Assembly: GCA_012510695.1 (NCBI GenBank)
Contig: JAAZHN010000008.1
Coordinates: 1-26,550 of the forward strand
DNA: 26,550 nt
Source: Mollicutes bacterium
GTDB taxonomy: Bacteria; Bacillota_I; Bacilli_A; RF39; UBA660
Reading direction: 5' to 3'
The notes below the pieces were generated by a model, which worked only from the letters and a program-made list of their open reading frames with translations, was not told the DNA's origin and did no database searches. Both the position numbers and the translations under genes were made by a program. This document shows, in pieces, positions 15,225 to 22,917 of the stretch (positions are counted from its first letter, which is position 1; each line of letters opens with the position of its first letter).

Positions 15225-15582
15225 CATTTTCTTTATTGTTTTTCTTAAATAATTTAAATGTTTCATATTTATCACATTTCAAATATGGTTTATACTGATA
15301 ACCAATTATTGTTTTATTGATTGTGACTTCACCATAACAATTCTTGTTATTAACACTTAAATCAATATATTTTATTAAATCTGAATTAGTAATAATTATT
15401 GAATTTCTATCTGCTATTTTTAATTTTAACTCTTCATTAGTTTTAACTAATTCAACCAGTTTTCTTTCTAGTTTAATATATTTTTCATTTCTCATAAAAT
15501 ATACAGCATATATTACTAAAAAACCAATTAAAAGAAACATTATTATTCCCCAGAACCAGGCAAGATTTGTTAATTTTCTCAT
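15205..15582 (-). CDS. Small membrane-anchored pilin-like protein (125 aa)
   Basis: N-terminal TM, Y.KLE.KL helix, C.G.V ... Y.PYLKC..YET C-terminal motif shared with the upstream paralog. ATGA overlap. Confidence 0.6.
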   Translation of the reverse strand: MRKLTNLAWFWGIIMFLLIGFLVIYAVYFMRNEKYIKLERKLVELVKTNEELKLKIADRNSIIITNSDLIKYIDLSVNNKNCYGEVTINKTIIGYQYKPYLKCDKYETFKLFKKNNKENVDNVSQ

Positions 15583-15968
15583 TGTCGATATCCCTCAGTA
15601 GTATAATTATCACATTTTATATAGGGTTCTATTTGATCTTCAATTGATTTAATATAACCCTCACATTCAAATTTGCTTTTTTCATCTAACATTTCAGCCA
15701 TTAAACCGGCTTTTTTAACTTCAAAATAATATATTTTACATTCCATATAATGACAGTCATAGCCATGTTTTACTAAATATTCTTTACCTGCTTTTTTTAA
15801 TTCATTTTCAAGATTTAAATAATATGTTCTTCCGCTTCCTATATTAATTTTAGCTAATTGATAGTGTAATTGATAACTAAGTGCCCACACAACAATAAGA
15901 GCAACAATTAAAATACCCATTAGCAAAAACATTTGGCCATAGCCCCAACCTTTATTATTTAATTTCAT
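15579..15968 (-). CDS. Type IV pilin/pseudopilin-like protein (129 aa) with atypical class III signal peptide
   Basis: MKLNNKG|WGYGQMFLLMGILIVALIVV, then Y..LE.EL..AGKEY, CEGYI, EPYIKCDNYTTEGY. Start moved to ATG at 15968 (SD GGTGA), with TATAAT at 15985-15990. Confidence 0.6.
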   Translation of the reverse strand: MKLNNKGWGYGQMFLLMGILIVALIVVWALSYQLHYQLAKINIGSGRTYYLNLENELKKAGKEYLVKHGYDCHYMECKIYYFEVKKAGLMAEMLDEKSKFECEGYIKSIEDQIEPYIKCDNYTTEGYRQ

Positions 15969-16014
15969 TTGTTTCACCACTTAAATTATAGGTTATTTTA
16001 AGTTTTATAGCAAC

Positions 16015-16034
16015 AAAAAAGAAGCATTGCTTCT
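16015..16034 (-). terminator. Intrinsic terminator after the YfcC-like transporter gene
   Basis: AGAAGC-aat-GCTTCT followed by a T-run on the minus strand. Confidence 0.7.
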
Positions 16035-16044
16035 ATTTCGTTAA

Positions 16045-17436
16045 TTATAATTGAGTTACTAATCCGATTACTACTATAACTAAAATTAATAAGCCAACAA
16101 TAAGTTTCCATGATTTTTTTAACCAAGTCGTATATGGTATATCTAAGAATGATAACCCAAGCATTAAGAATACACTTGATGGTGCGACAAATTGCGCTAG
16201 ACCATACACTGATTGGAAAATAACAGAAAGTGTGTTTTTATTGATTGCTGGTTCAAATGCACTAACCATTCTTGCTCCTGATATAGCCCATGTATTTTGA
16301 ACATCTACACCAAATATTGAAGCAAAGAAACCAATGAATGCTGCAACGAAGTAATTAAATTCTTTCATCATTCCATCAAATACTGTTTGAATAGCTGGAT
16401 AGTAATATACCACTGTTCTAATAAAGAATACTACAAATATAACCATTAATGGTTTAGCAACTTTCTTCATTCCTTCAACAAATGAATCGATGAAATCAGA
16501 AAGTGATATTCTTGAACCAATTGCAATTAGAGCTGATGCAAATAATATTAGTGCTTGGAAATTGAATAAATCCCATGTTCCAAATTCTGCATTATAACCT
16601 ACTAAATGTTTTAATAGTGGTTCACCTGCGATAGTTAATTCGTTAAACCAATTATGTAGACTTGCTGCCCACGTTGCATTAAATGCACTTCCCCATTGAA
16701 TCGCAGCAATTATTACCACGATTGATAATAAAACAAAAATGATTACAGAACCAATTGCTTTTTTCTCTTTTTTAGGTTTTTCAACTACGAATAATTCATC
16801 TGCAATTTCTGAAGTAGGTTCTTTTTTAGAACTTTTCTTAGCTTGCATTAATGTAAATACCACTAACATGATAAATGCTACTGCAAATAAACCAAAACGG
16901 TAAATCGCATTATCTTTATATGTGTTTTCTAAAACTGAAACTAATTGTCCAACATAATTACCATTGTATAAACTACCTATTGTTCCAACAAGAATAGAAC
17001 CAAATGTTGCTAAAAACGCTGTGAAGCGATCATACTTTAATTCTAAAATTACTGAAATAAAGAATGGTACAAAGAACAATAATGCAAATGTATCTATGAA
17101 TAATGCTGATAATATTGCAAAAAACAACATAGTTATTAAAATAAACATATCGCCTTGTTTCTTAAATGTACTTGAAACAGTTTCGATCATTCTTTTATAA
17201 AAGTTTGTTTTTTTCATTAACTCATAAAATCCCGCAATAACAATTATCATCGTAAATATCGCCGCATAAGAATTAACTCCAATTACACCGATTGTAAAGA
17301 AGTCTAAAACCCCAATTCTATAAAATTCAGCAGTTCCTTCTACAGATATTTTAAATATCCAAGAAAATAATACTGTTAATATTAATACTAATCCTGTCCA
17401 TTTAATTAAATTATTTTTTTCAAAAAACTTTTTCAT
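16045..17436 (-). CDS. YfcC/DcuC-like (ion transporter superfamily) membrane transporter, possibly an amino-acid or C4-dicarboxylate carrier
   Basis: About 12 hydrophobic segments and a C-terminal LGLSFLDIPYTTWLKKSWKL resembling the YfcC-family 'IPY..W.K' tail. SD AAGGAGG. Confidence 0.6.
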   Translation of the reverse strand: MKKFFEKNNLIKWTGLVLILTVLFSWIFKISVEGTAEFYRIGVLDFFTIGVIGVNSYAAIFTMIIVIAGFYELMKKTNFYKRMIETVSSTFKKQGDMFILITMLFFAILSALFIDTFALLFFVPFFISVILELKYDRFTAFLATFGSILVGTIGSLYNGNYVGQLVSVLENTYKDNAIYRFGLFAVAFIMLVVFTLMQAKKSSKKEPTSEIADELFVVEKPKKEKKAIGSVIIFVLLSIVVIIAAIQWGSAFNATWAASLHNWFNELTIAGEPLLKHLVGYNAEFGTWDLFNFQALILFASALIAIGSRISLSDFIDSFVEGMKKVAKPLMVIFVVFFIRTVVYYYPAIQTVFDGMMKEFNYFVAAFIGFFASIFGVDVQNTWAISGARMVSAFEPAINKNTLSVIFQSVYGLAQFVAPSSVFLMLGLSFLDIPYTTWLKKSWKLIVGLLILVIVVIGLVTQL

Positions 17437-17458
17437 AATAAAATCCTCCTTGTGTAAA

Positions 17459-17487
17459 ATTATAACACCAATAAAATAATATGTAAA
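17459..17487 (-). promoter_or_regulatory. Promoter for the YfcC-like transporter gene
   Basis: Minus strand TTTACA-17 nt-TATAAT with TG-n extension (TGTTATAAT). Confidence 0.65.
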
Positions 17488-17508
17488 TTGAATTTGTAAT
17501 TTAACATT

Positions 17509-18987
17509 TTACTTATTTTTCATAGTCGGAAATAAGATTACTTCCCTAATTGATTCACTCCCTGTTAAAAGCATAATTAGACGGTCTATTCCAAGACCCA
17601 TTCCCCCAGTCGGTGGCATTCCATATTCTAATGCTTCGACATAATCTAAATCCATTTCATTTGCTTCTTCATTGCCAAGTTCTTTTTCTTTAGTTTGATT
17701 TAAAAACCTTTCATACTGATCATCTGGATCATTTAATTCAGAAAAAGCATTAGCAAATTCTTTACCACAAATAAATAATTCAAATCTTTCTGTAAATCTT
17801 GGATCATTTTTATCTTTTTTAGCTAATGGGCTTATTTCAATTGGATGACCAATAACAAATGTAGGATCTATTAGTTTTTCTTCAGCATATTTTTCAAAGA
17901 ATTCATTAATAATATGACCATAATCAAAATGGTTTTCTAGTTCAATATTATGTTCTTTAGCTAATCTTTGTGCCTCTTCTAAACTCATATCTTGAGCAAA
18001 ATCAATTCCGGTTTCTTCTTTAATTGCTTCAGTCATTCTAACCCTTTTAAATGGAGTTTTTAAAGAAATTTTTTCTCCACCATATTCAAAATCATAAGTT
18101 CCAACAACTTCCATTGCCGTATTACTTATTAATTCTTCTGTTATTTCAATCATGCCTTCTAAATCTGTATAGGCTTTATATAGTTCAATTGTTGTAAACT
18201 CTGGATTATGACTCTTATCCATACCTTCATTTCTAAATAGACGACCGATTTCATATACTGCATCTAGACCACCAACAATTAATCTTTTTAAATTTAATTC
18301 AGTTGCAATTCTTAAATACATTGGAATATCTAAAGCATTGTGATGAGTAATAAATGGTCTTGCATTAGCACCTCCTAAAATAGTTCCTAAAATAGGAGTT
18401 TCGACTTCAATATAACCTTTAGAATCTAAGAAATTTTGAATTGAACGAATAATTTTTGGTCTTATGAATGCTATATTTCTAGCATTTTCATTCATAACTA
18501 AGTCGACATAACGACGACGAAATCTTTCTTCAACATCAGTTAAACCATGATACTTTTCTGGTAATGGTCTTAAAGCCTTAGTTAAATGAGTAAACTTAGA
18601 AGCTTTAATACTTAATTCACCCATATTAGTTCTCATTATTGTTCCTTCAATACCAACAATATCTCCAATGTCAGATTTATCGAATAATTCATATTCTTGC
18701 TCAGATACATTATCTGCTCTTATATATATTTGAATTTGACCAAATTTATCTTGGATATGAAAGAAACCAGCTTTACCTTTACCTCTTTTAGTCATTATTC
18801 TTCCAGCAATTATTACATTTTCATTTAACTCAGTTAGTTCTTCAGCAGTTTTTTCTTGGAATCTTTCCTTAATATCTTTAGAATCAGAGTTTAATTCAAA
18901 TCTACCGCCAAACGGATCAATACCCATTTCAATTAAATTATCTCTTTTTTCTCTTCTAATTAATTCTTGTTCTGTAAAATTTCTCAT
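17509..18987 (-). CDS. lysS: Lysyl-tRNA synthetase, class II (492 aa)
   Basis: [65 protein letters not shown]. Start moved to MRNFTEQE at 18987 (SD AAGGAAGTG). Confidence 0.98.
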   Translation of the reverse strand: MRNFTEQELIRREKRDNLIEMGIDPFGGRFELNSDSKDIKERFQEKTAEELTELNENVIIAGRIMTKRGKGKAGFFHIQDKFGQIQIYIRADNVSEQEYELFDKSDIGDIVGIEGTIMRTNMGELSIKASKFTHLTKALRPLPEKYHGLTDVEERFRRRYVDLVMNENARNIAFIRPKIIRSIQNFLDSKGYIEVETPILGTILGGANARPFITHHNALDIPMYLRIATELNLKRLIVGGLDAVYEIGRLFRNEGMDKSHNPEFTTIELYKAYTDLEGMIEITEELISNTAMEVVGTYDFEYGGEKISLKTPFKRVRMTEAIKEETGIDFAQDMSLEEAQRLAKEHNIELENHFDYGHIINEFFEKYAEEKLIDPTFVIGHPIEISPLAKKDKNDPRFTERFELFICGKEFANAFSELNDPDDQYERFLNQTKEKELGNEEANEMDLDYVEALEYGMPPTGGMGLGIDRLIMLLTGSESIREVILFPTMKNK

Positions 18988-19009
18988 TGATAACACTTCC
19001 TTGTTCATA

Positions 19010-19038
19010 AGTATACTGTAAAAGTTTATTATATACAA
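19010..19038 (-). promoter_or_regulatory. lysS promoter
   Basis: Minus strand TTGTAT-17 nt-TATACT. The leader is too short to hold a T-box. Confidence 0.6.
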
Positions 19039-19049
19039 ATACAATTTAT

Positions 19050-19078
19050 TTGATAATAAACAAGAAAAATTATATACT
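19050..19078 (+). promoter_or_regulatory. Promoter of the divergent lipoprotein gene
   Basis: TTGATA-17 nt-TATACT upstream of SD AAGGAGG. Confidence 0.6.
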
Positions 19079-19100
19079 TATAATAAGGAGGAATTATAAA

Positions 19101-19634
19101 ATGAAAAAATATATATTGGCATTAGGTTTAATCTCATTAATTTTTGGACTTGGTTGTAATAAAAAAACAGTTGATAATATCGGCAAGATAGAAAATAGTA
19201 ATAAAACCGTAACATATGAGTTAAAAGATAAATTGATTGAAAAGATAAATTTTAATCTTGTTGACTTTAAAAAACCAAAATCTGGAGATTCTATTTTTAG
19301 AAATTCAAAAATTGCTAGTGATTTACCGTTTACATTTTATAATACAATCACAGAAGAAATTTCTAATACATCTTTTGTTTATTGGAATTATAAAAATAAT
19401 GATGAGATAGAACATCTTGGTACTTCAACAGATAAAGACACAAAGTTTGATTCAGATAAAACATATACGATGACATTATTCATTAAACCAAAAGAAGGGT
19501 ATAGGATGTATAATAATAATCGTGTTGGTGAAGAAAATTTTGGAAAAGATTATATATTTAATGGAGTGCCTTGTTCACGTATTTTTCATATAGATGAAAT
19601 AGGAGTTTATTCATTAGACTTTATATTTGATTAG
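19101..19634 (+). CDS. Putative lipoprotein (177 aa) of unknown function
   Basis: MKKYILALGLISLIFGLGC signal peptide with lipobox-like Cys. Start moved to ATG at 19101 behind AAGGAGG. Confidence 0.7.
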   Translation: MKKYILALGLISLIFGLGCNKKTVDNIGKIENSNKTVTYELKDKLIEKINFNLVDFKKPKSGDSIFRNSKIASDLPFTFYNTITEEISNTSFVYWNYKNNDEIEHLGTSTDKDTKFDSDKTYTMTLFIKPKEGYRMYNNNRVGEENFGKDYIFNGVPCSRIFHIDEIGVYSLDFIFD

Positions 19635-19649
19635 AATTACTAAAAAAAT

Positions 19650-19671
19650 AAAAAACCGTGATGGTTTTTTT
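19650..19671. terminator. Weak bidirectional terminator between the lipoprotein gene and murC
   Basis: AAAAAACC-gtgat-GGTTTTTTT between convergent stops; only 2 GC pairs. Confidence 0.4.
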
Positions 19672-20974
19672 ATTTTTCTTTTAATATTTCTTTAAATTTA
19701 TTCATTATTATGTATATGCTTGTACAACTCATAAAACAATATACCGCTGAATCATGATCTAATAATTTTTTTACCGATTTTATTTCAATTTTTTCTGCAT
19801 TGGGAATTCTCTCAATCATTATATCTGAACTTACATTAGGGTAATCACTTTGTCTTTCTCGATCAGAATAGATGTCCATTATATAAGCTTTATCTGCAGT
19901 ACTTAGCGAACTAACAAAGTCATCTAGTAAAGCCTCTGTTCTTGAATATGTATTTGGTAAGAAGATTGCGATTACCTCTTTATTAGGATATTTTTGTTTA
20001 GCTGCTTTTATTGTGGCACTGATCTCAGTTGGATGATGAGCATAGTCATCTATTACAATTTTATTATTTATTCTTTCTTCTTTAAATCTTCTTTTAGCAC
20101 CTTTATAGTTTTCTAATGATTTTTTTATATCTTTTTTCTTAATCCCATATTTCATTGAAACTAAAATTGTTGCTAGGGCATTTTGAATCATATGTTCACC
20201 ATATATTTTTAAATCATAGTGATCAAAATATTCGTTTTTATAATATACATCAAATGAACTACCATTTTCACCTAAGATAATATTTCTGGCTACTAAATGA
20301 TTATTACTTTTAAAGCCATAGTATTCTGGCTTTGTTTTGAATTTAATACTTCTTATGTTTTTATCATCACCACAAGCAATAATTGTTTTAGCGCGATTAC
20401 CATATGTTTTAAATGACCTAATAATATCTTTTAAACCGGTATAACTCTCAACATGATCAAGTTCAATATTGGTTATTACAGCAGTTGTTGGGTAGTAAGC
20501 TAAAAAATGTTTATTAAATTCATCTGCTTCAAGTATAAAATTTTCATTATCTGGATTAGCAAAACCAGTACCATCACCAACAAAGTAATTACAACCGATA
20601 GTATTTTCAAATATTTCAGTTAACATAAAACTAGTTGTTGTTTTTCCATGAGTTCCACTTATACCAATTGTATTAAATTTCTTGGTAAGTTTACCAATTA
20701 TTTTATTGTAGTCCATGATTTTTAAACCTAGTTTTTTTACTCTTTTTATTTCTGGGTGGTCTTCACTAAATGCTTTGGAAAACGTAACAATTGTGTTTTT
20801 ATCTAATTCATTCGCTTCATGGAAAATTTTAATATTTCTTTTGTTTAATCCTTCTTCTGTAAATTTTTTCTCTTTAGAGTCATCATACCCAGATACTTCA
20901 TTGCCTAAATCATGTAAGATACACGCTAATGTACTCATTCCTGCCCCTTTTATGCCAATGCAATAATACTTCAC
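19670..20974 (-). CDS. murC: UDP-N-acetylmuramate--L-alanine ligase
   Basis: GIKGAGMS, GTHGKTTT, EADE, NIELDH, DDYAHHPTEI. GTG start with AGGAGA SD in the upstream gene end. Confidence 0.95.
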   Translation of the reverse strand: MKYYCIGIKGAGMSTLACILHDLGNEVSGYDDSKEKKFTEEGLNKRNIKIFHEANELDKNTIVTFSKAFSEDHPEIKRVKKLGLKIMDYNKIIGKLTKKFNTIGISGTHGKTTTSFMLTEIFENTIGCNYFVGDGTGFANPDNENFILEADEFNKHFLAYYPTTAVITNIELDHVESYTGLKDIIRSFKTYGNRAKTIIACGDDKNIRSIKFKTKPEYYGFKSNNHLVARNIILGENGSSFDVYYKNEYFDHYDLKIYGEHMIQNALATILVSMKYGIKKKDIKKSLENYKGAKRRFKEERINNKIVIDDYAHHPTEISATIKAAKQKYPNKEVIAIFLPNTYSRTEALLDDFVSSLSTADKAYIMDIYSDRERQSDYPNVSSDIMIERIPNAEKIEIKSVKKLLDHDSAVYCFMSCTSIYIIMNKFKEILKEK

Positions 20975-20975
20975 A

Positions 20976-22103
20976 TTATCTCTCCTTTAAAAATATTTCA
21001 TAATATTCATCATATGTAATATCTAATTCTTTAACCTTTGTTGCATGTTCTTTACCAATATATCTTACATGCCATGGTTCAAAATTATAACCAGTTATTC
21101 CTGTTTTACCTTTAGGAAACCTAATTATAAAACCAAATTTATGAGCATTATTTTCTAGCCAAGGATAAACTGGAGAATCAACCGTTATTCTCTTCCCATT
21201 AGTCGTGCAAAGATCTGTTGCTAAACCTAGTTGATGTTCAGAATGCCCTGGCTTTGCTGAATATCTCTCCGCATGTGCTCTTCCATCTCTTTTAATATAT
21301 CCATAAAATAATGATGTCTGGGTATTATAACTTCTGTATGAGCTTATTGTGCAAAGATGATATCCCGCCTCTTTAGCATACTCAAACATTTCTTTAAGAG
21401 GTTCAACTACTCTTTTACTAATAGATTTTGATTCGAAGTTTACTAAATCATTTGGTACAAAGCTTTTATCTAGTACATAAGCCTTATTAACTAATGTAAT
21501 ATCACTGTGAGGATCTATAGCGGGTTTTATATTTATATAAAAATTAGCACTGTCATAAGGCACTTCATCCTTCTTTATATCAATATCATGATTAACAGCT
21601 TTAACTATTTCTTCAAATGATAAAACATAACTATTAAATTCTTTATATCTAGCTAATTTGTCTAGATCAAAGTCTTTAATTTTTAGATAATCAATCTCAA
21701 ATTTATCTAATGTAATAATTTTATTAATTAATTCTTTTGTTTGATTACTCATTAAATAATTAATCTTTTCTGGTTCATATTCTTTTTCTAATAATTGAGA
21801 AACATGTTTGGAGAATCCTTCATATTCATGATAATCAACTAAATAATAATCATCAAAGTGCTTTTTATTAAAATAATCATCTTTTATCATTATTTCTAAA
21901 GTGGGGGAATAGTCTAGTTTATTTGCTTTATCTAATAAATTATTATTATCTAAAACTGTAATAACCTCTTTTGAATATTTGCCCTTAATTGGTGAGGCTT
22001 TAGAAAATATTTCTATAAATAATAATACACAACAAATAATTAGTATTACTGAGAATATACCAATAAGAATTTTTAATTTTTTATTTCTTTTTTCTTTTTT
22101 CAT
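20976..22103 (-). CDS. Membrane-anchored M15B-family zinc carboxypeptidase (VanY/LdcB-like)
   Basis: N-terminal TM, SSYRSY..Q, SAKPGHSEHQLGLATD and EPWHVRYIG zinc-binding motifs. Confidence 0.9.
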   Translation of the reverse strand: MKKEKRNKKLKILIGIFSVILIICCVLLFIEIFSKASPIKGKYSKEVITVLDNNNLLDKANKLDYSPTLEIMIKDDYFNKKHFDDYYLVDYHEYEGFSKHVSQLLEKEYEPEKINYLMSNQTKELINKIITLDKFEIDYLKIKDFDLDKLARYKEFNSYVLSFEEIVKAVNHDIDIKKDEVPYDSANFYINIKPAIDPHSDITLVNKAYVLDKSFVPNDLVNFESKSISKRVVEPLKEMFEYAKEAGYHLCTISSYRSYNTQTSLFYGYIKRDGRAHAERYSAKPGHSEHQLGLATDLCTTNGKRITVDSPVYPWLENNAHKFGFIIRFPKGKTGITGYNFEPWHVRYIGKEHATKVKELDITYDEYYEIFLKER

Positions 22104-22507
22104 TTTATTCGATTGATAAATGAATATTTACCAATAAATGGTAAATATTTATCTCTTCCTTTTATTACATTGTATATTCCAATTAATGCAAAAACAAAGT
22201 AGGTAATTACAACTAATAATCTCAGGGATGATGAAATATAAACTCCTGTTTGATTAATCATATATTTTCCTGATGTTCCACTACCTATTAGGACTTTATT
22301 TACAAATACATTCGCGACTACAAATTTATTTAAAATTGTGACGAAGAAACCAAAAATAATAGTAAACACAGTTAAAATCATTCCTTGACCAACATGGAAT
22401 TTAACTTCTTTCTCATTGCTATATGGACTAAAAAAACCAATTATCCAAAATATAAAGATGTAAGATAATACTTTGAATACTTTTGTATCAATTATTCGTT
22501 TATTCAT
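22100..22507 (-). CDS. DUF4870 (Tic20/MamF-like) small membrane protein, 135 aa
   Basis: VLSYIFIFWIIG...VKFHVGQG...IGIYNVIKG...LPFIGK. Start moved to ATG at 22507 behind AAGGAGG. ATGA overlap with the next gene. Confidence 0.7.
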   Translation of the reverse strand: MNKRIIDTKVFKVLSYIFIFWIIGFFSPYSNEKEVKFHVGQGMILTVFTIIFGFFVTILNKFVVANVFVNKVLIGSGTSGKYMINQTGVYISSSLRLLVVITYFVFALIGIYNVIKGRDKYLPFIGKYSFINRIK

Positions 22508-22554
22508 TATTATCCTCCTTGTATTGTTATTATACAATATTTAGTTTAAAAAAT

Positions 22555-22584
22555 AAAATAAAGAACGGTTAAGTCCTTTATTTT
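22555..22584 (-). terminator. Probable terminator after uvrA and the 100-aa gene
   Basis: Minus strand AAAATAAAGGAC-ttaacc-GTTCTTTATTTT (one G-U pair), starting at the stop codon. Confidence 0.6.
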
Positions 22585-22886
22585 TATATTTTTAACATAT
22601 ATGATGTTTCTTTACTTCCAAAATCGGAACCTATGAAAAATCTTTCAAAAGCAGCAACGGCTCTTTTTTTAGCATTTACTCCTTCAAAGATCATGGCATT
22701 TCGAATATTTATATACATAATTGTATTATCTATTGTTGTCATTCTCCATGTTTGATCAATAGAATTTGATTCGTATCCTCTAGTGTTGGCTGGGCCAATA
22801 TTTTTTTCAAAACTTTTTAGTTCTTCTATATATGCAAGATCTTGCCAAAAAATAATGGCATATATTTTTTGCTCATAATTTGACAT
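22584..22886 (-). CDS. Hypothetical protein (100 aa)
   Basis: SD AAGGAA before ATG, fills the gap between uvrA and its terminator, no recognisable motif. Confidence 0.6.
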   Translation of the reverse strand: MSNYEQKIYAIIFWQDLAYIEELKSFEKNIGPANTRGYESNSIDQTWRMTTIDNTIMYINIRNAMIFEGVNAKKRAVAAFERFFIGSDFGSKETSYMLKI

Positions 22887-22917
22887 TATAAAATTCCTTT
22901 CTAAAATTTATGAGTTA

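Noticed and set aside
17489-17503. TGAAT-containing sequence upstream of the YfcC-like gene as a possible ARG box
   Set aside because: The right half does not match ATTCA at the 4-nt spacing.
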